A DNA stretch of 64,000 bases from Nitrospirota bacterium (GTDB taxonomy: Bacteria > Nitrospirota > JACRHJ01): positions 1 to 64,000 of the forward strand of contig CAVTDB010000010.1 of assembly GCA_963733375.1 (NCBI GenBank), in the 5' to 3' direction. Each line of letters starts with the position of its first letter. The first letter of the stretch is position 1. The notes beneath the pieces are model-generated. The model saw nothing but the letters and a program-made list of their open reading frames with translations, was not told the origin of the DNA and made no database searches. The translations under genes and the position numbers were made by a program. Positions 1-10,916 of this stretch are shown here, one piece after another.

Positions 1-1503
1 CTGGATAGCTTCGGCGACGTCCGGCGCCTGTATCGTCTCCCGGTTATCAAGGTCCGCAATCGTGCGGGCGACTTTTATGATCCGGTTATACGCTCGTGCT
101 GAAAGGCCGAGGCGCTCCACGGCGTGTTCAAGCAGGGAGTGAGTCTTGTCGTCAACCGCGCAGAAGCGTTTTAAATGGCGGGGCTTCATCTGGGAGTTGC
201 AGTAGATGCCATCCTCGCTGAGCCTTTTTACCTGTATGTCCCGCGCCTTGTTCACCCTGCCCCGGACCCTTTCCGAGCTTTCCCCCGGACGGTCGTCCGA
301 GAGGTCCCGGTACTTCACGGACGGGACTTCCACGTGCAGGTCTATCCTGTCCAGCAGAGGGCCCGACACCCGCGCCCGGTAGCGCTGTATCTGGTTCGGC
401 GAGCAGGTGCACTGGTGGGTTAAGTCCGTATAGAACCCGCAGGGGCAGGGGTTCATAGCCGCGACAAGCATGAAGGAAGCGGGAAAGGTTATGGACGCCG
501 TTGCGCGCGATATCGTCACCTGCCTGTCCTCCAGCGGCTGGCGGAGCACCTCAAGGGCATTCCTGTGAAACTCCGGCAGCTCGTCCAAAAAGAGCACCCC
601 GTTGTGCGAGAGGCTCACCTCGCCGGGCTTGGGATATGCGCCGCCCCCGATAAGACCGGCGTCCGATATGGTATGGTGCGGGCTGCGAAATGGCCGGGTA
701 GCCACCAGCGGCCTGTCCGACGGGATAAGCCCGACCACGCTATGGACCTTCGTAGTCTCGATTGCCTCATTGAAGCCCATTTCCGGCAGAACCGTGACAA
801 GCCTTTTGGCGAGCATGGTCTTTCCGGAGCCGGGCGGACCTATCATAAGTACGTTATGCCCGCCCGCCGCCGCTATCTCCAGCGCCCTTTTTACATGCTC
901 CTGGCCCTTTACCTCCGAGAAGTCCTCCAGGTACCGGGAGTTCTCCTGGAACAGGCGGGATGTATCCATTTTAAATTTTTCGAGCTGACTACCCTCCCGG
1001 AAGAACTCCACCACGGAGGCCAGGTCCTTCGCCCCGAATACGTCTATCCCGCCGACGACCGCCGCCTCCCTGGCATTCTCATAGGGCAGGACCAGCCCTT
1101 TAAAACCCTCCGCGGCGGCCTTTACCGCCATCGGGAGCGCGCCCCGCACCGGCTTTATCCGCCCGTCCAAAGACAATTCACCGACTATCATATATCCCGT
1201 AAGCTTGTCCTGCTCGAGAAGCCCTTCCGATGCGATAATCCCCAGCGCAATGGGAAGGTCGAAAGCGGAACCCTCCTTCTTGATGTTCGCCGGGGCCAGG
1301 TTTATCACTATCTGCTTAAGAGGGAATTCGAAGCCGTTATTCTTAAGCGCGGCGCGTACCCGGTCCTTGCTCTCTTTGACGGCCGCGTCGGGGAGTCCCA
1401 CTGTGGCGAAATAGGGAAGCCCCCTGGCCGTGACGTCCACCTCCACGTCCACGACGTAAGCGTCTATCCCCATTACCGCGCTGGAAGTTATCTTCGAGAG
1501 CAA
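1..1503 (-). CDS. comM: YifB/ComM family Mg-chelatase-like AAA+ ATPase (3' end runs off the window; one frameshift near 1390)
   Basis: Manual minus-strand translation from TTG 1503: MLSKITSSAVMGIDAYVVDVEVDV...ESKDRVRAALKNNGFEFP...INLAPANIKKEGSAFDLP; C-terminal LGLSARAYNRIIKVARTIADL. Absent from the ORF track, probably because there is no stop inside the window. Confidence 0.9.
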   Translation of the reverse strand, partial: MLSKITSSAVMGIDAYVVDVEVDVTARGLPYFATVGLPDAAVKESKDRVRAALKNNGFEFPLKQIVINLAPANIKKEGSAFDLPIALGIIASEGLLEQDKLTGYMIVGELSLDGRIKPVRGALPMAVKAAAEGFKGLVLPYENAREAAVVGGIDVFGAKDLASVVEFFREGSQLEKFKMDTSRLFQENSRYLEDFSEVKGQEHVKRALEIAAAGGHNVLMIGPPGSGKTMLAKRLVTVLPEMGFNEAIETTKVHSVVGLIPSDRPLVATRPFRSPHHTISDAGLIGGGAYPKPGEVSLSHNGVLFLDELPEFHRNALEVLRQPLEDRQVTISRATASITFPASFMLVAAMNPCPCGFYTDLTHQCTCSPNQIQRYRARVSGPLLDRIDLHVEVPSVKYRDLSDDRPGESSERVRGRVNKARDIQVKRLSEDGIYCNSQMKPRHLKRFCAVDDKTHSLLEHAVERLGLSARAYNRIIKVARTIADLDNRETIQAPDVAEAIQ

Positions 1504-1584
1504 ATTAGCACCTTTTAATGAAAAATTAAGCGATTATACCCGTAAGACGGAGCAAACAGCAAGCCATTTATATCCGGAAAAGGT

Positions 1585-1613
1585 TTGACTTGCAATTTTT
1601 AATTATATAAAAT
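1585..1613 (+). promoter_or_regulatory. sigma70-type promoter for the HEAT/HD-GYP operon
   Basis: TTGACT-17 bp-TAAAAT upstream of ATG 1657. Confidence 0.55.
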
Positions 1614-1656
1614 ACGGTACTGCGATTTTTAAGCAGTCGAACCCAAGAAAGGCACG

Positions 1657-3441
1657 ATGGAAGAGCTATTCCAAAAGAGCCAGGACCAGACGACAAGCCA
1701 GGCGGAAGAAACAGTCCAGGTCCCGGAGAGAGAGCTTAAAGCCGTACGCGATCTGCTGCATGCATTGATGAAGACCAAGCGCGCCTTCGAGATGTACCCG
1801 GCCAATAACCCCATCCTCGTGAAGTTCCAGGACGACCTGAACCGGATGTTCGACGAGTTCTTCGAGGACCTCGACAGGTTGTCCCTGCTCATCCGGCAGC
1901 AGGAGATACTGTACAAAGGACAGCCCGTTTACAAAAGCGGGGAGAAAGACGAAAGTTTGTCCCTGCTGTTTTACAAGGACGGTCTCCGCGAGATTACTTT
2001 CACGCAAGGTTTCTCCCGGGAAGAGCTGATGGACTTCATGGACGTCATAAGGACGAGACCGGACGCGACCGGCGAGAACTGGGACGACGACCTGGTTACC
2101 CTTCTTTGGGAGAAGGACTTCATGCATCTCCGGTACTACGTGGTCGAGGAGTTTGCGGAAGGCGAAGCGCTCTCGGAAGAAGAGGTCCAGAAACTGCTCT
2201 CCAGGCAGACCCCGGAAGGAGACCTTTCCGAAGCGTACAAGGACGCTGCCGAGGACGGTGCGGAGGGCGAGGCGAAAGAGATATTCTCCCCGTTGGAATC
2301 TATCTCCATGGGCTTCAGGGGCGTTTTCAGCCTCGGCGAAGAGGAGGTGAAGTCCCTCAAGGAGGAGATAGAGGGTCTTACGGATGAGAAATTCCTGGAT
2401 GACGCTATTTATTGCCTGTTTGAGAGCCTGTGGATGGAAAAAGGCGCGCGCGATTTCGAGATGGTTGTCGGGAGCCTGGAGTCCGCGCTCTCCTATCTCG
2501 TGCATACCGGCGGGTTCCGCACCGCAGCCTTTATCCTGAAGCGGTTCAGGGAACTGGCCGGCGGCAGCGACGGATTTAACCAGTACGAGGTCGAGCGGCT
2601 GAAATCGGCAGTTACCCGGGCCGGGAGCGAGGCCAGGACAAAGAACATAGCCGACGTGCTGAACAGCGGCAGGACGATAAATACAGCTGATTTCCGGCAG
2701 TATCTGGAACATCTCGACAAGGCGTCAATCATCCCGCTTTCCAACCTGATGGGCGAGATACAGGACATAAAGTACCGCAAGGCACTCATAGACGCGCTGG
2801 TGTCGCTGGGGAAGGACCATATAGAAGTCCTGGCCGCCGGGCTTAAAAGCGGGCAGTGGTATATAGTCCGGAACGTCGCGGCGGTCCTGGGCAGGATTGG
2901 CGACAAGAAGGCCCTGGAATACCTGAAACAGGCTGTAAACCACCCGGAACCCAAGGTCCGGCGGGAGGTGGTACGCGCCCTGGGCATGGTGGGCGGCCCG
3001 AAGGCGGGAGAGATACTCCTCCAGGTGCTGGACGACGTCGACCCTCAGATAAGGATGGCGGCGCTAAGATACCTGCCGCAGGCCCAGAATTACTCCGTCC
3101 TGGACGTGATTATAGAGGTGATAACGCGTCCGGATTTCAACGAGAGGGCAAGCTCCGAAAAAAGAGCGTTCTTTGAGGTCCTGGCGGAGATAGGGCAGGA
3201 AAGGGTCATGCCGTTCATGATAAAACTCCTTAAGAGAAGGGGTTTTCTGTTCGGAAGCGCGAAGAACGAGGAGATGCGCGTCTCCGCGGCGTACGGCCTT
3301 GGGAACATCCATCATAAGGATTCCATCCGTGCGCTTCAGGCCGAGTCTTCACATGCGAAGAAGGGAAGCGCGCTCCATGAGGCCATATCCTACTCCGTGC
3401 ACAAGCTTGCCGGGCCGGACGGGATGAGGGTGGAGAACTGA
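1657..3441 (+). CDS. HEAT-repeat domain protein
   Basis: 594 aa; C-terminal HEAT/PBS-lyase repeats (WYIVRNVAAVLGRIG, PKVRREVVRALGMVG, PQIRMAALRYL). Confidence 0.8.
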   Translation: MEELFQKSQDQTTSQAEETVQVPERELKAVRDLLHALMKTKRAFEMYPANNPILVKFQDDLNRMFDEFFEDLDRLSLLIRQQEILYKGQPVYKSGEKDESLSLLFYKDGLREITFTQGFSREELMDFMDVIRTRPDATGENWDDDLVTLLWEKDFMHLRYYVVEEFAEGEALSEEEVQKLLSRQTPEGDLSEAYKDAAEDGAEGEAKEIFSPLESISMGFRGVFSLGEEEVKSLKEEIEGLTDEKFLDDAIYCLFESLWMEKGARDFEMVVGSLESALSYLVHTGGFRTAAFILKRFRELAGGSDGFNQYEVERLKSAVTRAGSEARTKNIADVLNSGRTINTADFRQYLEHLDKASIIPLSNLMGEIQDIKYRKALIDALVSLGKDHIEVLAAGLKSGQWYIVRNVAAVLGRIGDKKALEYLKQAVNHPEPKVRREVVRALGMVGGPKAGEILLQVLDDVDPQIRMAALRYLPQAQNYSVLDVIIEVITRPDFNERASSEKRAFFEVLAEIGQERVMPFMIKLLKRRGFLFGSAKNEEMRVSAAYGLGNIHHKDSIRALQAESSHAKKGSALHEAISYSVHKLAGPDGMRVEN

Positions 3442-3443
3442 AT

Positions 3444-4898
3444 ATGGCGGAAACCATCGTCACACCGTTCAGGACTGAAAGCAGCGAGTCGGTCGCAAAA
3501 AACTCCCGCACGCTTATAAACCAGCTCCATATCCTGCTCCGCACCAGCCAGATACACGATATAGGAAACATCGCCCTGGTCCGCCCCGTTACGAACCTCA
3601 TAGGCGCGCTGGAAGGAATTTTTAAGGCGACCCCCGAGTTCGTCCTGAAACTAAGGGGCGAATATCTCTATATAGACGATATCCGCGTCCGGTACGACAT
3701 TGACGACATGGTGAGCTATGAGTACATCTCGCGCGTCATGAAGGAAAAAAAGATCGGTTCCCTGACCTTTCAGCGTCCGATTTCCACGGAGGATTTAAAG
3801 AAGTCCGTTTACACGCTGAATTCCTTCATCCCTCCCGGCCCTGAAGGGGCCGAAGAGGAGCTGAACAAAAAGCTCCAGGAAAATGGGGTTAATTCTATCT
3901 GGGCCGGCCCTCTGGAGGAGGCGGAGCAGATAAAATACGACGACCTCGCCGACCAGCGCAAAATGGCGAAGAAGGCTTACTTCCTGGCCGTCTCCGTCAC
4001 AAAAGGCGTGATGAACAGCATAAAGAGCGAACAGCCCACACACTTAAAGAAGGTCAAGCGCGTCATTCAGGGCATTGTCGATATCATTCTGAATGAAGAG
4101 GCGTCTCTGTTGGGCCTCACGACACTGAAGGATTTCGACGAATACACCTATCACCACTGTGTGAACGTAAGCATCCTCGCCATGACCATAGGACAGAAGC
4201 TGGGTCTGGACAAGAATACGCTTACGAAGCTGGGTATCGCGGCGCTTTTCCACGACATCGGCAAGGTGGATGTCCCCATCGATATACTGAATAAGCCTAC
4301 CGCCTTCACGGACGACGAATGGACGGTGGTCCGCAGGCATCCCGAGATGGGAGTTAAGGCTATATCGAAGATACGCGGGCTTAACGAGCTTGCGGCAAGC
4401 TCCATGGCGGTCGCATTCGAGCACCACATCTTCTACGACCTGAACGGATATCCTGTAACTAAAGAGAAGAGGATGCCGAATTTCTTCTCACGCATAGTTT
4501 CCATAGCCGACCAGTACGACTCCATGACCTCGGCCCGCGTTTATTCCAGAATACCTTACACGCCGGACAAGGCCCTTTCCCTGATGATGGAGCGAAGCGG
4601 CGGCCAGCTCGACCCCCTGCTCTTTAAAATATTCGCCAATATCATCGGCATCTATCCGATCGGGACGCTGGTCATGCTGGATACGAAAGAGCTGGGACTG
4701 GTGTTCGAGTCGAACCCTAACCCGGAAAAGCTGGACAGGCCCAAAATAATACTGATAACCGACGCCTCCGGGAAGCGAATAGCGGGCAAAACCGTGGACT
4801 TAGGCGACAAGGAGCAGTCCGGGACATACAAGCGAAGCATCATAAAGGCCCTGGACCCGAAAAAGTACCGGATAAACCTCGCAGAATATTTTCTTTAA
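3444..4898 (+). CDS. HD-GYP domain c-di-GMP phosphodiesterase
   Basis: YTYHHCVNV, FHDIGK, EHH...NGYP and IADQYDSMTSAR motifs. Confidence 0.88.
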   Translation: MAETIVTPFRTESSESVAKNSRTLINQLHILLRTSQIHDIGNIALVRPVTNLIGALEGIFKATPEFVLKLRGEYLYIDDIRVRYDIDDMVSYEYISRVMKEKKIGSLTFQRPISTEDLKKSVYTLNSFIPPGPEGAEEELNKKLQENGVNSIWAGPLEEAEQIKYDDLADQRKMAKKAYFLAVSVTKGVMNSIKSEQPTHLKKVKRVIQGIVDIILNEEASLLGLTTLKDFDEYTYHHCVNVSILAMTIGQKLGLDKNTLTKLGIAALFHDIGKVDVPIDILNKPTAFTDDEWTVVRRHPEMGVKAISKIRGLNELAASSMAVAFEHHIFYDLNGYPVTKEKRMPNFFSRIVSIADQYDSMTSARVYSRIPYTPDKALSLMMERSGGQLDPLLFKIFANIIGIYPIGTLVMLDTKELGLVFESNPNPEKLDRPKIILITDASGKRIAGKTVDLGDKEQSGTYKRSIIKALDPKKYRINLAEYFL

Positions 4899-4927
4899 AT
4901 CTTTTCTTTTTCTGCTAAAATTAAGCC

Positions 4928-5671
4928 ATGCAACTCGACCTATTCAATTGCAAGACAGCCCAGTCTTCCGTCTGGAGTGTTAAAATTGGCGGAAAAACAA
5001 TAAGTTACACCCTGCGCAAATCCGCAAGGGCCAAGCATGTCTGGCTCCGGTTCGGCATTGGCACGGGTCTGGAGGTGGTCGCACCCGCCAGGATGCCGCT
5101 TGCCGAGCTGGACCGGATACTTCTAAATAAGAGTTCCTGGATAGGGCGGCACACGGCCCTGCCTGGGACTGAGACGCCAGTCCGCTTGCAACCGCTTGGG
5201 AACGGCTCAAAACTCCGTTATTTAGGGGAGGAGCATCAGCTCCGGGTCCATGTAAACGGGAGCGCGGGGAACGTCCGGATCGCCGGAGGCGAGATACTGG
5301 CCGAGGTGCCGCCGGGCGGGCCGGAGGTGGTGAAGGAAGTTCTTGAAGACTGGTATAAGAAGATGGCCCGCAAGGTAATCGGAGAAAAAGTCAATAAGTT
5401 ATCCAATGGCCGGAAAGTGGGCCGGGTCTGTATCCGCGACCAGAAGACACGGTGGGGGAGCTGTTCGGCCAAGGGGAATTTAAGCTTCAACTGGCGGCTG
5501 ATAATGGCCCCGCCGAGGGTAATAGATTATCTTGTAATACATGAGCTTACCCACCTGGACCAGCCTGACCACTCAAAAAAGTTCTGGAACAAGGTCGCGG
5601 CCCGCTGCCCGGATTATGAGGAGCGCGAGACCTGGCTGAAAACGCATGGCCTCGGACTCTGGCCGGCGTGA
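4928..5671 (+). CDS. YgjP/DUF45 (M48/SprT-like) zinc metallo-hydrolase
   Basis: QKTRWGSCS, LSFNWRLI, IDYLVIHELTH (HExxH), HSKKFW. Confidence 0.88.
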   Translation: MQLDLFNCKTAQSSVWSVKIGGKTISYTLRKSARAKHVWLRFGIGTGLEVVAPARMPLAELDRILLNKSSWIGRHTALPGTETPVRLQPLGNGSKLRYLGEEHQLRVHVNGSAGNVRIAGGEILAEVPPGGPEVVKEVLEDWYKKMARKVIGEKVNKLSNGRKVGRVCIRDQKTRWGSCSAKGNLSFNWRLIMAPPRVIDYLVIHELTHLDQPDHSKKFWNKVAARCPDYEERETWLKTHGLGLWPA

Positions 5672-6413
5672 TTACACCGCCCTCGCGACCGTCAAAACGT
5701 ACACCTTCTCCGCGCCGGCTTTTTTTAGGACCTTCGCGCACTCGCGGACTGTCGCGCCGGTGGTATAAACGTCGTCCAGCAGGAGCACGCGTTTCTCCTT
5801 GAATTCCTCCGGCCTCTCTACCGCGAACGCGCCCTTCACGTTCTCCTCGCGCTCGGCGGGGTCAAGGTCCACCTGCGGGCGTGTATAGCGAGTCCTCACC
5901 AATCCATCTAAAGACAGCGGGATTGAGAGACCCTCCGCCGCGTACTTCGCCAGGAATAGCGACTGGTTGAACCCCCTTTTCGCCAGCCTCCGCCGGTGCA
6001 GAGGCACCGCCGCCGCGACATCGCGCGTCCGGGAAAAATTCCCTCGCCGCATCCGCCACAAGCGGCCCAAGGTACTGGTGCATCGCCTGGATACCCCTGT
6101 ACTTGTAGAGATGGACGGCGTCCTTCAGCGTGCCCTTATACACCGCCGCCGACCTTGCCGAGTGATAATAAGTCCTGTGGGAGAGGCAATCGGAGCAGGG
6201 GTGGTCGGAGCCGGAGCCGTCCGGGAACGGCATGCCGCAAACGGTGCAGAACGGGGATTTAATCGGGCTTACGTCGCTTGCGCACTCGGCACAGAAAAAG
6301 CCGGTGGACCGGCCTCCGACTTCCGCCACGTTATCGTAGTTGGTCGGCTGGCCGCACGAACGGCAGCGCCTGGGGTACAACGCGTCGATTAGAAAGCCGA
6401 CAAGGTTAGCCAT
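5672..6413 (-). CDS. comF: ComF family protein (double zinc ribbon + phosphoribosyltransferase); frameshift near 6020
   Basis: N-terminal CxxC pairs in ORF 5862..6413; VPLH...RGFNQS and LLLDDVYTTGAT in ORF 5672..6070. Confidence 0.88.
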
Positions 6414-7957
6414 GGCAGATAAGGCTCTGGCCCGTCATCTCTTCCGGTTTTTTAAGGCTCATGACTTCGAGTATGGTGGGGACGACGTCGGCGAGCCTTC
6501 CGCCGTCTTTCAGCGCGTATCCTTCATGACATAATATAAATGGAACTCTATTAGACGTGTGTGCGGTATACGGCTCTTTCGCTATCGGGTCGTACATGCG
6601 CTCCACGTTCCCGTGGTCGGACATGATAAACGGCACGCCTCCCGCCGCCAGGACTTCCGGGACGATGCGCGAGAGGCACTGGTCAACCGTCTCGCACGCC
6701 TTTATCGCAGCACTCATGATCCCGGTATGGCCTACCATATCGGGGTTTGCGAAGTTCATTATGATGACGTCATACTTCCCGGACTTAATGCGGCTCACCA
6801 CCTCGTCCGTTACCTGCACCGCGCTCATCTCCGGCTTCAGGTCGTAAGTGGCGACCTCCCTGGGCGAGGGTATCAGGCAGCGGTCCTCATTTTTAAATGG
6901 GGTCTCCACGCCGCCGTTAAAGAAAAACGTGACGTGCGCGTATTTCTCCGTCTCCGCGATGCGGAGCTGGGTAAGGCCGTTTTCGGATACTACTTTTCCG
7001 AATATATTATCCATGCCGACCGGCGGGAACGCCGCCGGGAGGCCGAAGGTCTTGTCGTACTCCGTCATGCATACGAAGCTGGAAAATTTTGGCCGCCCTT
7101 TTCTTTCGAACCCGTCAAAATCGTCCAGCGCCAGCGCGCGTGTAATCTCCCTCGTCCTGTCCGTGCGGAAGTTGAAGAAGATTACGCTGTCCTTATCCTT
7201 CATCGTGCCAAGGGGCGCCCCATCCCCCTGGACTATTACCGTCGGCGCGATGAACTCATCCGTATGGCCCTTTTTGTAGGATTGCGCGATAGCCGCGTCA
7301 GCCGTGTCAGCCTGCTCGCCCGATGCCCAGGACCATCGCGTCATAGACTTTTTGCACCCGCTCCCAGCGGTTGTCCCGGTCCATCGCGTAATATCTTCCG
7401 GAGACGGTCCCGACCTTTGCTATGTCTTCCAGACCTTCGTCTTTTATAAACTTAAGGAGCCTGTCCATATACAAAAGGCCGCTCTGGGGCGGGGTGTCGC
7501 GTCCGTCCATGAACGCATGGATAAGGATATTGCGGACCCCCCTGTCGCGCGCCATCTTCATCAGCGCGTAGAGGTGCGCCTGGTCGCTATGGACGCCGCC
7601 GTCCGAGAGAAGCCCCATCAGGTGCAGGGTAGAGCTATTTTCCCGGGCGCTGTCCATCGCCTCGTTCAGGGCCGCGTTCCTCAGTATCTCGCCCGTTCTT
7701 ATCGCAAGGTTTATGCGTGTGTAGTCCTGGTAAACTACCCTGCCCGCGCCGATATTCAAATGGCCTACCTCGGAGTTTCCCATCTGGCCTTCAGGGAGGC
7801 CGACGTCTTCTCCGGACGCGGCAAGCGTGGTGTTGGGATATTTTTCGAGCAGCGAGTTATAAAAGGGGATTTTCGCCTTGGCCTTGGCGGAATATTCGAG
7901 GTCGTCGTCCGCGCCCCAGCCGTCTATGATTATCAGTGTTATCGGACGGTAAGCCAT
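6406..7957 (-). CDS. gpmI: 2,3-bisphosphoglycerate-independent phosphoglycerate mutase (frameshift near 7320)
   Basis: GLPEGQMGNSEVGHLNIGAGR, SGRYYAMDRD, AETEKYAHVTFFFNGG, NPDMVGHTG across two ORFs. Confidence 0.95.
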
Positions 7958-7968
7958 GCGCTCCCGGT

Positions 7969-9277
7969 TCAGCAGTATTTATCTAAGTCGATGGAATAGC
8001 TGTTCCATTTGCCGCAGCGGGGACATCTGCCGGACCACTCCGTGGAGAAGTGGTCGCAGTTCCCGCACCGGAAGGGCACCACGAGCTGGTCGCCGTATGC
8101 TAAAGCCTTTTTGAATTCGGCCGCGGCGGGCTGGTATGAGCCCCTCCGCAGGTACAGGTTGCCCAGCAGTTTGTGCAGGTCGGTGAGCTGGCGCGTCGAA
8201 CTGTCTATGGCGGACAGCGTATCGAAAGCGTCGTCGACCATCTCCAGGCGGTAGTATAGTTTCCCCAGGAAGAAGTTCAACGGCACGTCCTTCGGATTTT
8301 TAATCAATGCCGACTTATATAAATTAATTATCTTGGGAGGGCTTCCCAGCTTCAGGTAAAGGTCCTCCAGCCGGTGCAGCAGGATGATTGAGCCGGTAGT
8401 CTTGTATGCTTCCTCCCAAAGCTCGGCGGCCGCCTGCGTTCTCGTTCTCTTCGAGGTATACCTCGCCAAGCCCAAGATATGCGGGCACGAAATCCTTCTC
8501 CGTCTTCAGGATGGTTTTAAAGACGCGCTTGGCCTTCTCCAGGTTCCCTTCTTCCAGCATCACCCTGCCGGTCTCGTACTTTACCCCCACGAGACGCCGG
8601 TGTTCCGCCTCGCGCTCCTTCGGCGGCAGGCTCAGCTTCAGTATCCTCTCCTGAGTCTCTTCCGCCTTCTCGAAACTGCCGGAGCCCTGGTGCATGTCGC
8701 GTATCCGGGTAAGCGCGCGCAGGTTTCCCTCGTCCTTCTCCAGAATATCTTCCAGCGTCTGGAGCGCGTCCGCCGTACGCCGCGCGTCCTCATAGTCGAG
8801 CGCCAGCGCGAAAAGTATCTCGATGTTGCCTTCGTCCACGTCCTTCGCGCGCTGATGTAATCTTATCGCCTCCTGGTAATCGCCCTCGTCATGCCGTATC
8901 GTGCCCAGCCTGAGGAGCGCATCGGCGTGGTCCGGTTTCAGCGCAATCACCTTGTCAAAATATTTAGCGGCGAGGTCGGTCCTGCGGGAGAGCAGCGAGT
9001 TCAGCCCTTTGGAGTAAAGCATCTGCACTTTGGACTCTTTCTGGCGGTCCCGCGTTACCTTCCAGTTCTTGAAGAAATCCTTGGTAGCCTTTATATAAAT
9101 GCCAAGGAGCACCGCCAGCGCGCCGAATACCGCGGAGCCCAGCATCAGCGCCATCTTGGAAGGCTCGGACACTATGTTTCCGGGAAGCATTATCTTCACG
9201 TCGCCGGGGTTTAGGATGTCCACCCAGACGATGAAGGCCGCGAAGGCTATGAGGAGTATGATTGCGCGTATGAACAT
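7969..9277 (-). CDS. lapB: LapB-like TPR protein with N-terminal LapA-like TM segments and C-terminal rubredoxin-type domain (frameshift near 8440)
   Basis: Two N-terminal hydrophobic helices, TPR repeats, C-terminal CGNC...WSGRCPRCGKWNS. Confidence 0.7.
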
Positions 9278-9319
9278 TTAAGACCTTTTCCACCTTTAAA
9301 CCTTTACAACCAAACCTTT

Positions 9320-9357
9320 TCCACCTTTTTAGGAAAAAGGTGGAGCCAAAAACTTTT
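9320..9357 (-). repeat. REP-like palindrome (type B, reverse orientation)
   Basis: TCCACCTTTTT-AGG-AAAAAGGTGGA followed by GCCAAAAACTTTT, the reverse complement of the AAAAGTTTTTGGC flank at ~61231 and ~62333. Confidence 0.6.
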
Positions 9358-9372
9358 AGAGTGAAAACCGCC

Positions 9373-9828
9373 CTAATAATGATACGTCCGGCCCTGGATT
9401 ATCGTAAAAGCCCGGTAAACCTGCTCCATCAGTATCAGCCGCGCCATCTCGTGCGTGAACGTGAGCTTCGACAGCGACAACTGATAGTCCGCCCTTGCCA
9501 GCGTTTCGTCCGAAAGCCCGAACGGCCCCCCGACGACGAAAACAATATTGCGGCCCTGTTCCAGCAGCGGGGCGATTTCACCGGCGAACTTTTTGGAGTC
9601 CGGGTTCTTCCCCCGTTCGTGCAGCGCGATTAAATAATCCGAAGGGGCGACCCTTTCGAGGATTGCTTCCCCCTCCTCGCGCACTGCTTCGGCCCCGGTC
9701 TTACGGGAGCCTTTTATTTCCCGGATTTCAATCCTGGCCTGCCGCCGGAGAAGCTCCCGGTATTTCGCGATGCCGTCTTTTATGAAACCTTCCTTCGTCT
9801 TCCCGACAAATAGCAGAAGCATCGGCAT
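9373..9828 (-). CDS. rlmH: 23S rRNA pseudouridine-1915 N3-methyltransferase
   Basis: FVVGGPFGL, LSLSKLTFTHEMARLILMEQVYRAFTI...YHY. Confidence 0.93.
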   Translation of the reverse strand: MPMLLLFVGKTKEGFIKDGIAKYRELLRRQARIEIREIKGSRKTGAEAVREEGEAILERVAPSDYLIALHERGKNPDSKKFAGEIAPLLEQGRNIVFVVGGPFGLSDETLARADYQLSLSKLTFTHEMARLILMEQVYRAFTIIQGRTYHY

Positions 9829-9832
9829 CAGG

Positions 9833-10205
9833 TCAGGAGCCCACTTGAAGTCTTGGGGCGTCGCCCCAGAGGCCGTCCAGATCGTAGAACTCGCGGGTCT
9901 CAGGCTCGAAGATATGCACGATAATGTCCCCGTAGTCCATCAGGACCCATCTGCACTCGGGAAAACCCTCTACCCGCAGATAATACTCGCGCTCCAGGGA
10001 GAGCCTGTAATCTACCTCTTCGGCTATCGCCTTTACCTGTCTGGTGTTGTTTCCGGAGCAGATGACGAAATAATCGGCGAGGGTGCTTATCTCACGGACG
10101 TCCAATACGAGGAGGTCCGTCGCCTTTTTCTCGAGGACCGACTCCGGCTATTAAAACCGCCTTCTCTTTGGAGTCCAGTTCTTTGAGTTTCTTTTTCGCG
10201 CCCAA
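9833..10205 (-). CDS. rsfS: Ribosome silencing factor (frameshift near 10140)
   Basis: LEKKATDLLVLDV...ADYFVICSG...WVLMDYGDIIVHIF...REFYDLDGLW; lies between nadD and rlmH. Confidence 0.92.
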
Positions 10206-10241
10206 ACAGTCTCGCCCGAATTTTTATTTATTGTTGATAAG

Positions 10242-10904
10242 TTACAGGTACAACCTGTTTTGAATTATATACGACTCCACTTTCTCAGGCAAGAGGTATT
10301 TGACGCTTCTGCGCTCATGGAGCCTTTTCCTTATGTCCGTGGAAGAGACGTCCATCCGCACGGTCGAGACAAGCCAGAGGTCGCGTCCGGAGGTCATCTC
10401 CATCCTGCCGACGCTCCGCAGTTTCTGGTCCAGCGCTTCCAGTGTCACGATGTCCACCTCATGCACTTGATGGACCTTCGTGAGGTTTCTCTGGTCCGTG
10501 CCCGGACGGAACGAGACTGCAAAATCGCAGAGCGTCACGAGCCTGTCCACGCCGTGCCATGACCCTATCTCCAGAAAACTGTCCATCCCGGCAATGAAAA
10601 AAAGCTTCGCCTTCTCCCCGTAACGCTCCTGCATTATCTCGACGGTCCTTATGGAGTACGACGGGCGCGGAAGGGTCAGTTCCACGTCCGAGACCTTGAA
10701 GTGCGGGTTCCCCTCGCAGGCAAGCTGCACCATCCTCAGCCGGTGCTCAGGCGATACCCCCTGCTCAACCTCCTTGTGCGGCGGCATCGCCGCCGGCACG
10801 AAAACCACTTCGTCCAGCCCCAGCGCCTCCCTGCATTCCTCCGCGACGTACAGGTGCGCGATATGCACCGGGTTAAACGTCCCGCCGAATATGCCGATTT
10901 TCAT
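10242..10904 (-). CDS. nadD: Nicotinate-nucleotide adenylyltransferase
   Basis: GIFGGTFNPVHIAH, PPHK, VSSTDIR, YIIQNRLY. Confidence 0.95.
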   Translation of the reverse strand: MKIGIFGGTFNPVHIAHLYVAEECREALGLDEVVFVPAAMPPHKEVEQGVSPEHRLRMVQLACEGNPHFKVSDVELTLPRPSYSIRTVEIMQERYGEKAKLFFIAGMDSFLEIGSWHGVDRLVTLCDFAVSFRPGTDQRNLTKVHQVHEVDIVTLEALDQKLRSVGRMEMTSGRDLWLVSTVRMDVSSTDIRKRLHERRSVKYLLPEKVESYIIQNRLYL

Positions 10905-10916
10905 TAATTACTCCCA

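Noticed and set aside
565-1518. 317-aa plus-strand ORF
   Set aside because: Antisense shadow of comM; no recognisable motifs
1-6413. Functional link of comM/comF to the GTA-like cluster
   Set aside because: Common housekeeping-context genes more than 30 kb away; proximity is uninformative
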